The position numbers and the translations under genes are program-made. Source: a virus (Duplodnaviria; Caudoviricetes). Taken from it: a DNA stretch of 46,780 nt. The DNA is taken from IMG/VR virus record IMGVR_UViG_3300050162_000282, positions 1-46,780 of that record. One strand, given 5' to 3'. Each line of letters starts with the position of its first letter. The first letter of the stretch is position 1. A model generated the notes under the pieces. That model saw only the letters and a program-made list of their open reading frames with translations. It was not told where the DNA came from and did not search any database. This document shows, piece after piece, positions 25,928-36,611 of this stretch.

Positions 25928-26163
25928 GTAATCGATCCTTGTGCTGTTCTTTGCACGTCGCTTGTAATTGAAATCGAACCCGAAACAGTTGTTTGACTAT
26001 CCATATAGTTCATTGTCACAACACCATTGCTTTTAATTTCAGCAATAATTGCGGTGGCCATGGCCTTGGCGTACTTGATCATGTAATCATTCACGGCCAC
26101 GCCGAATGTGTTTGATAATTCCGATTCTATTCTTGTAGCTAGCGAATCTTTATCTAATGCCAT
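25924..26163 (-). CDS. Small baseplate-region protein
   Basis: Synteny after spike. Confidence 0.5.
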   Translation of the reverse strand: MALDKDSLATRIESELSNTFGVAVNDYMIKYAKAMATAIIAEIKSNGVVTMNYMDSQTTVSGSISITSDVQRTAQGSIT

Positions 26164-26171
26164 ATAGCCTC

Positions 26172-26855
26172 TTACTTCTTCGCCTTAACGGTCTGAGATA
26201 AATGTATTGACGAACTTGGCACTAATGGAGTTGAAGTTGGATAACCAATATTTCCCATGTGCTGATGATTATTAAAAAACTGTTGAAAAGTTTCTCCGTT
26301 AAGAATTTTTTCAACTGTTCCCACGCCAACTTCAATATCATCGCTATTCATTTCTATTTTGGTCGCAGCTGTTATTTTCACTTCTGCTTGAGAGTTAATT
26401 TCTACGTTAGAGCTTGCAGTGATTAATGCCTTTGCTTGTGTAGTAATTTCTGAATTACCGACACAATTAATCTTTAAAGTTGTTGGTGATGTTATTTCGA
26501 TTGATCCATCGTTTTTTAAAACTAGAGTCGCTTTGACAGTTGTTCCATCTTCCGTAGTTGAATAGAGAATTACTTCACCAACACCAACCGGAGTAGGCCT
26601 ATTCTTATGTAGATAACCAAGAATAATATTTTCATAACCCGAACCAAACAGAGAGTTCCAAAATGCTGGAATGGCTTTTGGCACTCGAGAGATAAAACCA
26701 AACGGAGAAAGATTTCTAAAATTATCTGCAGTGCCTTCTGGGTAAAGATTATCAAGCTTCGTATTTAACTCGTCTTGAGATACAACAAGTCCAGTCTTAA
26801 ATGGTTTAACAATTGAAAGAATAAAATTTCGAAGAGAGTTATTATCCCATTTCAT
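26172..26855 (-). CDS. Baseplate spike (Mu gp45-like)
   Basis: PFGFIS, GEVILYS, beta-helix, HQH iron-binding tip. Confidence 0.85.
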   Translation of the reverse strand: MKWDNNSLRNFILSIVKPFKTGLVVSQDELNTKLDNLYPEGTADNFRNLSPFGFISRVPKAIPAFWNSLFGSGYENIILGYLHKNRPTPVGVGEVILYSTTEDGTTVKATLVLKNDGSIEITSPTTLKINCVGNSEITTQAKALITASSNVEINSQAEVKITAATKIEMNSDDIEVGVGTVEKILNGETFQQFFNNHQHMGNIGYPTSTPLVPSSSIHLSQTVKAKK

Positions 26856-28018
26856 GCTAAAGAATCCTTTAGAATAAATAAGAGTTGTACTTCAAAATCA
26901 GAATCAGTTTGAGAATAATTAATTCCAACTAGTCTCATCTTGTCATTGATCTTGAATGATTCAGATTTAATATTCCAAATTTGATTAACTTCATAACCAA
27001 TATGAGTTCCATCAGGTGCAATATAATAAGGCAACGAAGTGCTGATTATGACCTGAAGAAGATTTTGATTGCTCTTTCGTAAAATGCTCTTAGCAAGATT
27101 GTTTTTGTCTGTTTGTGCAGAAATTGCAGCTTCTTTAGTTACAAGACTTGAAAATTGATAAGTTCTAATCAAGGGTTGATAAACCTGCAAAGCTCTTGAT
27201 TCTGTGTTTTTAAACGGCAAAGAAGGCGTAAGAGAATAACCAATATTGTTTTCTCCAGTCATCCAGAAAACTTTTACCTCTGAAACAACTCTTGAAAAAT
27301 TTTCTCTAACTGTAAACTTGTTAACGTTAAAGTCATTCTTTTCATTTAATGTATATGGAATTTGAAGAGCCAGACCTCCATCAGATCCCCAAATTATGGC
27401 CTGACCAAATCTGTTTTGGTAAATAATATTATAAACTTCATCTGCAGTTTGTTGAAGTACAGGTGCTCGCATGGCATCCGACAACTGTGGAACCAGTAAT
27501 GGATTTTGATATGCACCACTTTCAATTACAATTCTCTTAATACCTTTATGTTCAAGGTATTTTTCCATATAAGTATTTTTAATTGAATAGCTTAAGAAGT
27601 CGTATAACGAGGCACTCTTCAAAGGTTGTGCATCAAAAAAAGGTAAATTAAAAAGTTGACCTAGAAAATCTCTACCATTTGCTTGAAAACGAAATATGTT
27701 TCCAGAAATTTCTTTTACGAAATCTTCAATAAAGCCACAACAAATTTGAAACTTGTCTCCATCGCTAACTCCAAGAGCATTCTTATCATTTGATAATCTT
27801 GTATTATTCAATGAAATATAGAATTCAACAAAGTCGTGGGAGTTTATATCGATCTGACTATCTAAGCGAAACGTAATATCAAAATCAAAAGAGTCAGTTA
27901 GTTGACGAATATCCTTATTAATCGTTACCCGATTAATAGCTGGGATCGTCGTTATAACTTCACCTTTTTGTCTATTGATAAAATTGATGTAAATATTTGG
28001 CTTATAATCGCTCATCAA
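26852..28018 (-). CDS. Baseplate hub (Mu gp44-like)
   Basis: DSFDF, GFIE, GRD motifs; synteny. Confidence 0.75.
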   Translation of the reverse strand: MMSDYKPNIYINFINRQKGEVITTIPAINRVTINKDIRQLTDSFDFDITFRLDSQIDINSHDFVEFYISLNNTRLSNDKNALGVSDGDKFQICCGFIEDFVKEISGNIFRFQANGRDFLGQLFNLPFFDAQPLKSASLYDFLSYSIKNTYMEKYLEHKGIKRIVIESGAYQNPLLVPQLSDAMRAPVLQQTADEVYNIIYQNRFGQAIIWGSDGGLALQIPYTLNEKNDFNVNKFTVRENFSRVVSEVKVFWMTGENNIGYSLTPSLPFKNTESRALQVYQPLIRTYQFSSLVTKEAAISAQTDKNNLAKSILRKSNQNLLQVIISTSLPYYIAPDGTHIGYEVNQIWNIKSESFKINDKMRLVGINYSQTDSDFEVQLLFILKDSLA

Positions 28019-28047
28019 AGAGTTATTCGATTAATCCCATCAATTCG

Positions 28048-29250
28048 TTAGAGGTTGATAACGGTGTATCTTGGAATGTCTAAAATATCAGTTAAATTTC
28101 TATTGAGTTCGTAAACATCGTCTATATCATTTATCGTCTTGCCATTTTCAAAACACACTTCAAGAAGGCTTGTGTTATTCATTGTTACGACTTGAGTTGT
28201 TGATTCGTTATTCAGTAATGCAATTAGATCATTTATTTGATTAACGAGTTGAATCCCTCCAAGTGTAACATCTTTGGTTGCACCTTGAGTTTGTGCTTCA
28301 AGCGTTTTTTGAGTCTCTCTAATTGACTTTGCAAAATCTTTAAGAAGCTTTACGGCCTCTTTATTATCTTGAACCTGAGTTTTTGTCGTCGTGATAATAT
28401 TTACTTTTTGGTCGTTGCTAATACTTGTAGAGGTTGTTGTGCTTGGGTTTTTAAAATCAAGTGCTGATAAATTTGAATTGTATTGAGTCGCTGACTTCTT
28501 AGTAAACTTATTTTTTAACTGATCAACCATTTCTCTAATTCCATCAACTGCACTATGAAGGCCTGTAATGGTATTAGTTAATGATTTTTCTAAAGAGATA
28601 ATCATCTCTCTTGTGTTTCTTGAAATATTTGTAACAGAGTTAATTGTTACTCTTGCAGTTGTAACTAAGCTTTCAGCTTCTTTGATTGCACTTATAATTA
28701 CGTTATTTGCAATTAAGTCTTGCGTGCCAAGTGCAAGATCCTGAACCGCATTCATTGCCGCATGAGTGTCTGCAAGAAATTTTTCAATTGTAGAAATTGA
28801 TTTTTTCTTGCTATTCAAATCATCAAGCAAGTTGCCTTTATTGTCGATGTCTTCAATCCAAGAAATGCTTAAGATTGTTGAGCCGCCATCTTGTGCAGTG
28901 GTCTTTCTTGATTGTCGCTGAAACTTTGCCCATACAACTTCATCAAGATCTGGAAGAATTAATTTTCCAGATGTTCCTTTATTTAAAGTTTTTTCAAACG
29001 TTGCTAAGTCGTTTCTGTAGTCGTTCCCGAAAAAAACAACTTCAGCATTGAACGTTCTTGCCTTTCTACCGAAGTCTTCAACTTGAGATCCATCGATCAA
29101 TGCTTTGTCTGAAATTTGCAATCTTCTTTCAGTTACAACTTCTTGCGATACTGCACCAAAGCCAGTTGTATAATTCTTCTTAGGAATTGCGACATGAAAA
29201 CGTACGCTTTTAAAACTTCCATCAGTGATGTTCCAGTTAGTACTTGCCAT
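28048..29250 (-). CDS. DNA circularization protein N-like (Mu gpN)
   Basis: GSFKSVRF, VEDFGRKAR, G.LILP. Confidence 0.8.
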   Translation of the reverse strand: MASTNWNITDGSFKSVRFHVAIPKKNYTTGFGAVSQEVVTERRLQISDKALIDGSQVEDFGRKARTFNAEVVFFGNDYRNDLATFEKTLNKGTSGKLILPDLDEVVWAKFQRQSRKTTAQDGGSTILSISWIEDIDNKGNLLDDLNSKKKSISTIEKFLADTHAAMNAVQDLALGTQDLIANNVIISAIKEAESLVTTARVTINSVTNISRNTREMIISLEKSLTNTITGLHSAVDGIREMVDQLKNKFTKKSATQYNSNLSALDFKNPSTTTSTSISNDQKVNIITTTKTQVQDNKEAVKLLKDFAKSIRETQKTLEAQTQGATKDVTLGGIQLVNQINDLIALLNNESTTQVVTMNNTSLLEVCFENGKTINDIDDVYELNRNLTDILDIPRYTVINL

Positions 29251-31109
29251 TATTGCACCCTCGCATCTCTAGCATTGTCTGCAGCTGTTGGACGTGCCAT
29301 AAAGCCTGGATGCTTAACATCGATTTCAACTTTTACTACTTGGCTTTTTGAGCCATAAGTGTCTTCATATTCTTCTTTGCTCATTCCACCCAATGATTCA
29401 GGAACTAACTTTGCCATCCCTTTTTCAAAAACATTATATTTTTGACCGTACTTATTTGTCGTTCCATTATCAGTTGCATACTCATCAATAAGTGATCCCG
29501 CACCGGCCCCTAATAATCCAGCACCGGCAACCATGCCGAGCTTGCCAAGTAAACCCATGCCTTTTGCACCTGCACCAGTTGCGGCCGTTGTAGAGTTATT
29601 CATGGCCTCTTCAAAAGATGTCTTAAAGTTCTTCCCGATCTCAGATCCATTAACAACATATACCGGAGTAATTCCGGCCTTCTCTAATGCTTTACCTTCG
29701 GCAACTCCAGAAGCAAGTCCACCGCCTATTCCAATTTTTGACAAGACGTTCTTAAGAAGCATCCCTCCGCCGGCAACGGTTAATAATCCAGCACCAACTA
29801 ATCCTGGGTGCTCCGCAACTCCTTTCATCCCTTTGCCGATTGCTCCAGGTGTTTCAGACATTGCTTCAACAATATTTCCTTTTAATAAGCTTTTAAAAGG
29901 TTTTTCAAACCCGCCAACAATATCAGTTACGCCTGTTATTAATTTGTTTTTAAAGCCAGAATAAGCATTAACGAGATTGTCTTTTGCCTCTTCCGCACTT
30001 TCAGAAAACTTTTTCTGATCTTTACCGGCCTGCTTAACAGTTCCGTTTAGTTCATCAAAGTTTTTTACCATGTTGAAAATAGCATCTGAACTTTCTGCCG
30101 ATAACCCTGAAATTTTTGAAAAAACTTCACGTGCTTTATTTTCATCGCCTCCGCCATATCCTAACAGTCTTTGATAAGCTCCCTTTGTTCCAAGTTTTGA
30201 AATATCAAACTTACCGCTTTTGTCTGTTAGTTTATTTGTGCCAAGAACCGAAGCTAAAACCGATCCTTCCGTAAGGCCATTATTAGAAATAGAAATTAGA
30301 TCACTGATCGCTTTGATTGAATTTTCTTTACTTGATCCCGTCTTGGTTGCACCGGCCATTATTGATGCAAGTTCTTTTTCAGATAGTTTCGATTTTTGCA
30401 ACGATTGACCGCTAACAGATCCCATTGCTTCCATTGCATCGTCTATGTCTTTAAATCCGTTTCCATTTCGTCTTAATACATCTGAAGCTCCAAGGACATC
30501 ATTAACGTTTGCTAAATTTACTGCACGTCCTTGACCTTGCAATGTGCTCTTAACAAAACCTGAAACCTTGGTCGCATCCCCATCTCCCATCGCTGCAGCA
30601 TTCCCGATAACACCCATTATCTTGAGAAGCTCGTCTGGGTTCTTTACTGATGAAAACATGTCTTTAAAAGATTCTGCCATTGAATCCATATTGGCTGTTG
30701 TTTCACCTGAAATTTGCATGATGGATTTTTTCCATTTTTGCAAATCTTGTTCACTGGCATTTGATCTTGATTTAATTTCTGCGAATGCTTTAGAAAATGA
30801 AAATGCCATTTCAACAGCATCACTTGCTGCCTTCTTAATGGCCTTTGATCCAAGATCAAGAGTTAATGCTCTTGCACCTAGACCAATATTCTCTTTCATT
30901 TTTTTGCCGTAATCTTCAAACTCTTTAGAGACTGACTGTCCCCATTTTTTAACTTGAGATTCATTTTGTGCCATGACCTTAGAATTTTCAGTCATGGATT
31001 TATTCATTTCAGTCGTTGCTGATTTTGTTTCAGTATTGGCCTTTTTTATCCCTTCAACGTATTTACTTGAATCAAGGGAAACTTTTTGAGTTAAATTTTT
31101 TTCACTCAT
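29250..31109 (-). CDS. Tape measure protein
   Basis: Ala/Gly-rich helical, TPVYVVN motif; synteny. Confidence 0.85.
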   Translation of the reverse strand: MSEKNLTQKVSLDSSKYVEGIKKANTETKSATTEMNKSMTENSKVMAQNESQVKKWGQSVSKEFEDYGKKMKENIGLGARALTLDLGSKAIKKAASDAVEMAFSFSKAFAEIKSRSNASEQDLQKWKKSIMQISGETTANMDSMAESFKDMFSSVKNPDELLKIMGVIGNAAAMGDGDATKVSGFVKSTLQGQGRAVNLANVNDVLGASDVLRRNGNGFKDIDDAMEAMGSVSGQSLQKSKLSEKELASIMAGATKTGSSKENSIKAISDLISISNNGLTEGSVLASVLGTNKLTDKSGKFDISKLGTKGAYQRLLGYGGGDENKAREVFSKISGLSAESSDAIFNMVKNFDELNGTVKQAGKDQKKFSESAEEAKDNLVNAYSGFKNKLITGVTDIVGGFEKPFKSLLKGNIVEAMSETPGAIGKGMKGVAEHPGLVGAGLLTVAGGGMLLKNVLSKIGIGGGLASGVAEGKALEKAGITPVYVVNGSEIGKNFKTSFEEAMNNSTTAATGAGAKGMGLLGKLGMVAGAGLLGAGAGSLIDEYATDNGTTNKYGQKYNVFEKGMAKLVPESLGGMSKEEYEDTYGSKSQVVKVEIDVKHPGFMARPTAADNARDARVQ

Positions 31110-31135
31110 TTATTTCTCGCTGAAGGCCAGATTCA

Positions 31136-31690
31136 TTAGATAGAACCAGGTTCTTTGTCCGTCGGTAAGTTCGGCACGATTTCCGCCAAAAAGAATTTCC
31201 CAATTTCCGCAAGCTCCCATGTAAAATAATCTTTCGGAGTCTTTTGCTTTTTTTTTACTTCTTCAATTATCTTTTGGATAATTTCAACACTCATAACTTG
31301 AATGTCTGGATTTATAGCATTATTGATCGTCATGTATTGATCATATAAATTTGATAAAACTGGCTCAGGTAATGACTCAAGAAAACCAGCGGCAAAATAA
31401 GGAGCACCTTCAATTGTTGTTGCACGATCAATGACTTTAATCATTGCTTCGATTGCCTCAAATTGTTCGGCCTTCTTCCCAGTTGGATTATTTCTTTTTG
31501 CACTTTCACTTGCAATTATAGAAATGTTTATCATTTCTTTTGCAGATAAAAGCCTGCAAGGAACTTTCCACCCATCGATACCGATCTCAATTTTTTGAGA
31601 GTTTCCTTTTCGAAGGTAGGAAAGTAATTCCTCTGCAGATTTGATGTTGTGTACTTTATTAGCGTCAACCGCTTCAAGTTCGTTTTTCAT
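31136..31690 (-). CDS. Tail assembly chaperone
   Basis: Between tube and TMP. Confidence 0.6.
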   Translation of the reverse strand: MKNELEAVDANKVHNIKSAEELLSYLRKGNSQKIEIGIDGWKVPCRLLSAKEMINISIIASESAKRNNPTGKKAEQFEAIEAMIKVIDRATTIEGAPYFAAGFLESLPEPVLSNLYDQYMTINNAINPDIQVMSVEIIQKIIEEVKKKQKTPKDYFTWELAEIGKFFLAEIVPNLPTDKEPGSI

Positions 31691-31693
31691 TTA

Positions 31694-32107
31694 TTAATAA
31701 CCTATAACCGCATTAACTCCAGGCCCGCCTTCGTTAACTGCATCGATCGCTTCAAAGTTAATTGTCTTAGAAGCATCTCCAACTGAACCAGAGTAATCTT
31801 GATTAGACTGTGCAAGACCTTTAAGGGTCCAACGCTCTCCAGAGTTACCAAGTTGGCATATAGCATTTACATCTTGTCCATATAAGAATGCTAAATCGAT
31901 TTCTGCTTTATCATCTGGAACTTCAAGTTCGATTGAACCAGTAATCTTTCTGTTTCCTTTTTTGTACCCTGCAGTTCTTCTATTGGCCGTCATTGTCTCT
32001 ACTCGAGTTAATGACTCATCAACAGTCCATTTGATACTTTTAATATTTTGTTTTTGAACACCGTTGATTGTTAAAAATCCTCGGTCTGCATAAAAATTTG
32101 TGGCCAT
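31694..32107 (-). CDS. Tail tube protein
   Basis: Size and position after sheath. Confidence 0.75.
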   Translation of the reverse strand: MATNFYADRGFLTINGVQKQNIKSIKWTVDESLTRVETMTANRRTAGYKKGNRKITGSIELEVPDDKAEIDLAFLYGQDVNAICQLGNSGERWTLKGLAQSNQDYSGSVGDASKTINFEAIDAVNEGGPGVNAVIGY

Positions 32108-32121
32108 TTATCTCTCCTTAA

Positions 32122-33318
32122 TTAAGCAACGATTACATCAAATTGAGTTCCAGCATCTATTTCAATACCCTTGTTATGGAAGCCTGGAATTACGTTTGTA
32201 GGAACTCGGAATAAACCGGCATGTCTATTTAGTACTGATCTCTCAACTGTGAATTGATCAACCAACTTGTCTACATATTGAAGCATTTCTAGGTCTTCCA
32301 TTATTTGACAAATTTGAATCATTTCAGATTTTAAAGATTTTAATTTTTCAATGCTCGCTTTTGCTCTCTTGTAACGAGGTTGAGAAGCAAGATTGTAAAT
32401 ATTTTTTCTTAAGTAATATAAAACTTGCCAGTCTTGCATATCGTAATAAGCCGTATCAGCAATCGTTGAAACTGTTCTTACGCTTGTAATAGTTCTTGTA
32501 ATTGCAACCTTACCAGAAGCATTGATTGCAAGTGGTGCAAGTCCTGAATCCAATCCAAGTGCAATTGTTCCAGTATCGCCCGCCGTATGCCAATCAGATG
32601 CATTTGCAGGTGCAACTAGTCCACCGATAACAATTCCATTAAGAGGTAAGAATGGAACTGTTAAAGATGCACAAACTGCAGCGTATGCGGCCGCAACGTT
32701 AGAAACTTTATTTGATTTTACTGTTGCTGTATCTCTTAACCAAGGTAGGCAGATAGCTTGTGATGCCGCTGCAATTCCAACCGGAGTTACAGTCGCCATT
32801 TCGCCTTCAAGTGCCATAAAACCAAATGAACCGAATTGTCCATTGTCACCGCGATCATTGCCATTGATTGCTGTTAAATGATTTGTAAGTGCAGTCAATG
32901 CAGCTGTATCTGTTCCTTCAAATGGTAATGCAATATATGGGAATGGAGTTGATAAATATCCTCCGAATAAACCTGTTAGATCTGCAGAAGTTGCATCGTG
33001 TGCCATTGCTAAAACTTTAATTGGTGGAAATAATTTTGTATCAAGATCAGAGTAAAGAACACCCTTAATTGCTGCAACAACCATTTCTAAAGCTTCTGAG
33101 CTTGTACCGAACTTTGCAGTACACTCAGTAGCGGCAAGAGCTGGATCACCATAGTTTTCAATTGCAGTTAATGAACCAACTGCAACGCTCGCACCACTCG
33201 CTGCAAGTCTTGCTACAATAACTAAAGTATTATCTGCAGCAACTAAACCTGAAAGTTCCACCTTTACTGGAATCTTTGTGCTCGGTGCTCTAGTAAATGT
33301 AATATTAGGTGATGTCAT
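32122..33318 (-). CDS. Tail sheath protein (Mu gpL-like)
   Basis: FG..S motif, PLNG..I, ITRTIT, VIPGFH C-term. Confidence 0.85.
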   Translation of the reverse strand: MTSPNITFTRAPSTKIPVKVELSGLVAADNTLVIVARLAASGASVAVGSLTAIENYGDPALAATECTAKFGTSSEALEMVVAAIKGVLYSDLDTKLFPPIKVLAMAHDATSADLTGLFGGYLSTPFPYIALPFEGTDTAALTALTNHLTAINGNDRGDNGQFGSFGFMALEGEMATVTPVGIAAASQAICLPWLRDTATVKSNKVSNVAAAYAAVCASLTVPFLPLNGIVIGGLVAPANASDWHTAGDTGTIALGLDSGLAPLAINASGKVAITRTITSVRTVSTIADTAYYDMQDWQVLYYLRKNIYNLASQPRYKRAKASIEKLKSLKSEMIQICQIMEDLEMLQYVDKLVDQFTVERSVLNRHAGLFRVPTNVIPGFHNKGIEIDAGTQFDVIVA

Positions 33319-33521
33319 TACTTGTCTCCTATTTCTAAAATATGTTTTTTATCTAATGCTCTTTTTAATTGGATCTCTGACTCGTATTTAAGCAAGCTCA
33401 TATCGATCTCAACCGGTTCTTCACCTATGCGAATAATCGAATTATTATAAAAAATTGGGAGAATAAATCCTTTCTCAGCCTTGAATTTTTTAAGTGAACT
33501 AATTTGTTTGGCCTGTTTCAA
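33318..33521 (-). CDS. Small hypothetical tail-region protein
   Basis: Synteny (Mu gp38-like position). Confidence 0.5.
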   Translation of the reverse strand: MKQAKQISSLKKFKAEKGFILPIFYNNSIIRIGEEPVEIDMSLLKYESEIQLKRALDKKHILEIGDK

Positions 33522-34146
33522 TCTGCACTCCTACATTTAAGGATTCGTTATCCTCGCTCTTGAAAATATCTAAAACCATGCCTTCAAGCTCTCCGACATC
33601 AGCTTCATCAAGTGAAGCGAATGGATCAAAGCCTTCATTGTCTGCACGTAGTTTTTGTAAATCGAATTTGAAGGGAATAGTTAATTGAATTGCCGGAGCT
33701 GAAAATCCATCCATCTTGGCAACGCCTTCATAGTTGAAATCTGTTCCATATCCAAATGAGATTAGCCCTGGGACTTTATCGAATAAATTTAATGGCCCAC
33801 CTAGAAAGCGTTGAAAGATCAATCCTACTTTTCTCTTGTGTCCTATTTTCTTATCAAGGTTAACTGGCAAGGCGATCGTCATAGAGATCGTGCCTTCAAA
33901 ATAAACATTGAAGCTTTTAAAGTTTTCTTTTTTCCATTCAACCAAAGCGAATGGTAATATAGTTTCATTTATGTTTGGATAATAGTTATCGTAAATACGA
34001 CTTCCCTTCTCTCCTCCAAACATGATTTGAAAGACTTTCTCTTTCATCATTTCATTTTTTAATTCTTTAATTAGATTTTCACCGACCAAAATTCCAGATA
34101 CATTGGCATAAGAATTTTCAACTCGGTTTTCATTGTTTCCACTCAT
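33499..34146 (-). CDS. Probable tail terminator
   Basis: Position; LP..LV pattern. Confidence 0.5.
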   Translation of the reverse strand: MSGNNENRVENSYANVSGILVGENLIKELKNEMMKEKVFQIMFGGEKGSRIYDNYYPNINETILPFALVEWKKENFKSFNVYFEGTISMTIALPVNLDKKIGHKRKVGLIFQRFLGGPLNLFDKVPGLISFGYGTDFNYEGVAKMDGFSAPAIQLTIPFKFDLQKLRADNEGFDPFASLDEADVGELEGMVLDIFKSEDNESLNVGVQIETGQTN

Positions 34147-34703
34147 TCAAAACCGCCTTTAGACAAGTGGTGCATTATCTGTTTAGAAATCGCATCCTCA
34201 TCTTCAGATCCAAAGCCAATAAAGGGACGAGCTGGAATTTCAAAAATTCTTTCCGGAACAGTGAACTCGATTCCTTTTCCAAAACCATTTTCAACTTCAA
34301 AAGAAGGAACAACTACAAGCCCTCCATCGTTTTGGATTTTTGCATATCGAACATTTGTTCCAAGTATTATTTCATCGCCTGTTGTTGATCTAATTTGCTC
34401 AGGGGGTGAATCTTTTTTTGCCAAAGAGTTTTTTAAAGTTCCTGTATCTTGAAGGATTTTAATATTTCCTTTTTTCTTTTTATCTTTGATTTTCTTATTT
34501 CTTAAAGCTTCAGATTTTTTTGACAATGACTGCCAAGCTTCGCCATCAGGCGTTCTTTCTTGTTCGAACTCATTATCTTTCTGACGTATCATTAAAAAAA
34601 GAATTTCGTTTTTTAAGTCTTCGTAGACTTTTCCTTGCATCATGTTTGTTATTTGGATTGGTTTTCCAAAATCAAAGTCTAACTTCAAATGCCCATCTCC
34701 CAA
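34143..34703 (-). CDS. Virion morphogenesis protein (Mu gpG / P2 gpS-like)
   Basis: PDGEAW, LQDTGTL, GTNVRYA, IPARPFIG. Confidence 0.9.
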   Translation of the reverse strand: MGDGHLKLDFDFGKPIQITNMMQGKVYEDLKNEILFLMIRQKDNEFEQERTPDGEAWQSLSKKSEALRNKKIKDKKKKGNIKILQDTGTLKNSLAKKDSPPEQIRSTTGDEIILGTNVRYAKIQNDGGLVVVPSFEVENGFGKGIEFTVPERIFEIPARPFIGFGSEDEDAISKQIMHHLSKGGFE

Positions 34704-35179
34704 TTATTGTCATCGTAATAAATCGGGTAAGTTCGATTATCTGCACGAGCTAATCCTAGATTCTGAATTGGATTTTGTGCGTTTTGAGCTTGGACAAGTA
34801 AAGCAAAGCCAAAATCAATCATTGGATCTAAGAGTGATTTTATTTGTGACTTGTACTCGATGCCGTGAACGTTGATAAAACGCTCCGTAGAGTCAATAGT
34901 ACCCGTTAGCGTTCTATTTTTATCGTAACCGATAATCTCACGCACTTTGCACGTCATGAGATTTAAAATCTTATTGCGAGCAAATTGTCGACATGTGGAA
35001 TAGGCCCCACCGTCAACCGAGATTAATGGAACGACGAATTTTTTTGACAAGTCAGTTTCAAGATCTGCAGTTGCACGGTCTAGTAATCTTTGCTTCTTTC
35101 CATCTTCACAAGTTTCATAATTGAGATCGTCTAAGATCCCTTGAAATTGTTCCGATGTGATGTATTGATTATGGGCCAT
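34685..35179 (-). CDS. Head-tail adaptor (Mu gp36-like)
   Basis: YIT N-term, A...E..L..KF.VPL; synteny. Confidence 0.6.
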   Translation of the reverse strand: MAHNQYITSEQFQGILDDLNYETCEDGKKQRLLDRATADLETDLSKKFVVPLISVDGGAYSTCRQFARNKILNLMTCKVREIIGYDKNRTLTGTIDSTERFINVHGIEYKSQIKSLLDPMIDFGFALLVQAQNAQNPIQNLGLARADNRTYPIYYDDNNWEMGI

Positions 35180-35184
35180 TTTAT

Positions 35185-35403
35185 TTATTCCAGAATGTGT
35201 TTAATGTCTTCTTTGAATTGAGCTTTTAAATGCTCATGATCTGCTAAAGAAATTTCAGACTCTTCGCCCTTAATTAGAGCTCCACCATTCGGAAGATGCA
35301 TGAATACTTTGCCTTTAACTTTTAAAGTCTTTTCTTTCTTTGCTACTTCTTTAGGTGCAACTAATTTAACTTCTTTCTCTTCACTTTTTTTCATTTCTGC
35401 CAT
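35185..35403 (-). CDS. Small post-capsid protein
   Basis: ORF with RBS. Confidence 0.55.
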   Translation of the reverse strand: MAEMKKSEEKEVKLVAPKEVAKKEKTLKVKGKVFMHLPNGGALIKGEESEISLADHEHLKAQFKEDIKHILE

Positions 35404-35420
35404 TTTGATTCTCCATTGTT

Positions 35421-35459
35421 AAAGCGACATGAATTAGATTTCTCCTCTTCATGCCGCTC
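35421..35459 (-). terminator. Stem-loop after major capsid gene
   Basis: GCGACATGAA...TTCATGCCGC inverted repeat. Confidence 0.45.
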
Positions 35460-35504
35460 GCTCAATATTTGTACCAAGTCCGTTTGTTACTAATATTTAG
35501 CGAA

Positions 35505-36593
35505 TTAAATTCCAGCTTTTGTATTAATAACTAAAACGTCGTTTGATCTCATAAGGTTTGGCCCGCCGTTAAATCCTGCAGTAACATCAACCCATGGAGC
35601 TTTCTTGTTTCTTAATCCCTCTTCATCAAGGAATGTATAAACACCGATTGCCGGTCTTTCGATTGTTGCTGTTGGATCGTTCAGGTTGTAAGTCATTTGG
35701 ATTTCTCCGTATTGACCGTAAAGAGTTCCACCCATGTCAACTACTGCAAGAATTTTGTAGTCTGGTTGGAAGTATTTAGCTGCACCGTTAACAATTTTAC
35801 CGCCAACAGTTGATTGATCTTGGTAAGCATCTTTAACAACTTTAATTGGTGGAAGTAACGGATATAAGATTTCTCTAATCTTGTTGATGTCACCAACTGC
35901 ATTTGCGTTGTTTGTGATAACAACTTGAGCTTCTTTAGACATTAACATTGCTGCAGCTGTAATTGGGTTTACTACAAGTTCTTTTACAATGTACTTATAG
36001 TAAGTAGAGTTTAAGCTGAAGATTGTATAAAGATCTTTGAATGGTGTTGAAGTATCAGCATTTGACCAATCAGTTGCAGTTTGAACTGTGTTACCAGCTG
36101 GCTTTGCGAAATCAAATTTCGTTTGTCCACGATACTGATATGTTCCGCTAAACATAGCATCACATGCTAATTGATTTAATCTGTTGTTTAATTTAACTTC
36201 AAGGTTTTGTCCAGCACGTGTTAAGAAGTCTAATGCTCCCTTAGTAACGCCCGTTGCACCTCTTTCTCCGATTGATCCTAATCTTCTAAGAGTGATTAAA
36301 TCTCTTTCGCCGAATCTAACAGATTCTTGATAAGCACCTGGAGAATATTCGAAAACTTCTGAGCTAGAAGCGTCGCCATTTTTTCCTTCTTCACCTAAAG
36401 TTCTTTCCGCAATCAATCCACCAAATCCGCTTACCTTTTCATGGTAAACAAGATGCTCAGGTCTTGATACTGGAGGCAATAAGCTTAAAAAGTATTGCTC
36501 GGCCGGTTTAACCGTGATTTCGTCTACAACAGCACCAATGATTGCTGTCTCTCTTTGTCCAATGATTCCCGCTAGGGCAACATTATTTCCCAT
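35505..36593 (-). CDS. Major capsid protein (lambda gpE-like)
   Basis: 362 aa, W...P.KD motif, after decoration protein. Confidence 0.85.
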   Translation of the reverse strand: MGNNVALAGIIGQRETAIIGAVVDEITVKPAEQYFLSLLPPVSRPEHLVYHEKVSGFGGLIAERTLGEEGKNGDASSSEVFEYSPGAYQESVRFGERDLITLRRLGSIGERGATGVTKGALDFLTRAGQNLEVKLNNRLNQLACDAMFSGTYQYRGQTKFDFAKPAGNTVQTATDWSNADTSTPFKDLYTIFSLNSTYYKYIVKELVVNPITAAAMLMSKEAQVVITNNANAVGDINKIREILYPLLPPIKVVKDAYQDQSTVGGKIVNGAAKYFQPDYKILAVVDMGGTLYGQYGEIQMTYNLNDPTATIERPAIGVYTFLDEEGLRNKKAPWVDVTAGFNGGPNLMRSNDVLVINTKAGI

Positions 36594-36611
36594 TCTAAAC
36601 TCCTTTTAAAA

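Noticed and set aside
29533-30912. Plus-strand ORFs inside the tape measure gene and similar antisense ORFs elsewhere (e.g. 2236, 8425, 32522, 37437)
   Set aside because: Shadows of well-supported genes on the opposite strand or of repeats; no RBS or motifs
31240-31260. A-run in the tail chaperone as a programmed frameshift site
   Set aside because: The ORF continues to just before the tape measure gene and no separate downstream frame is evident
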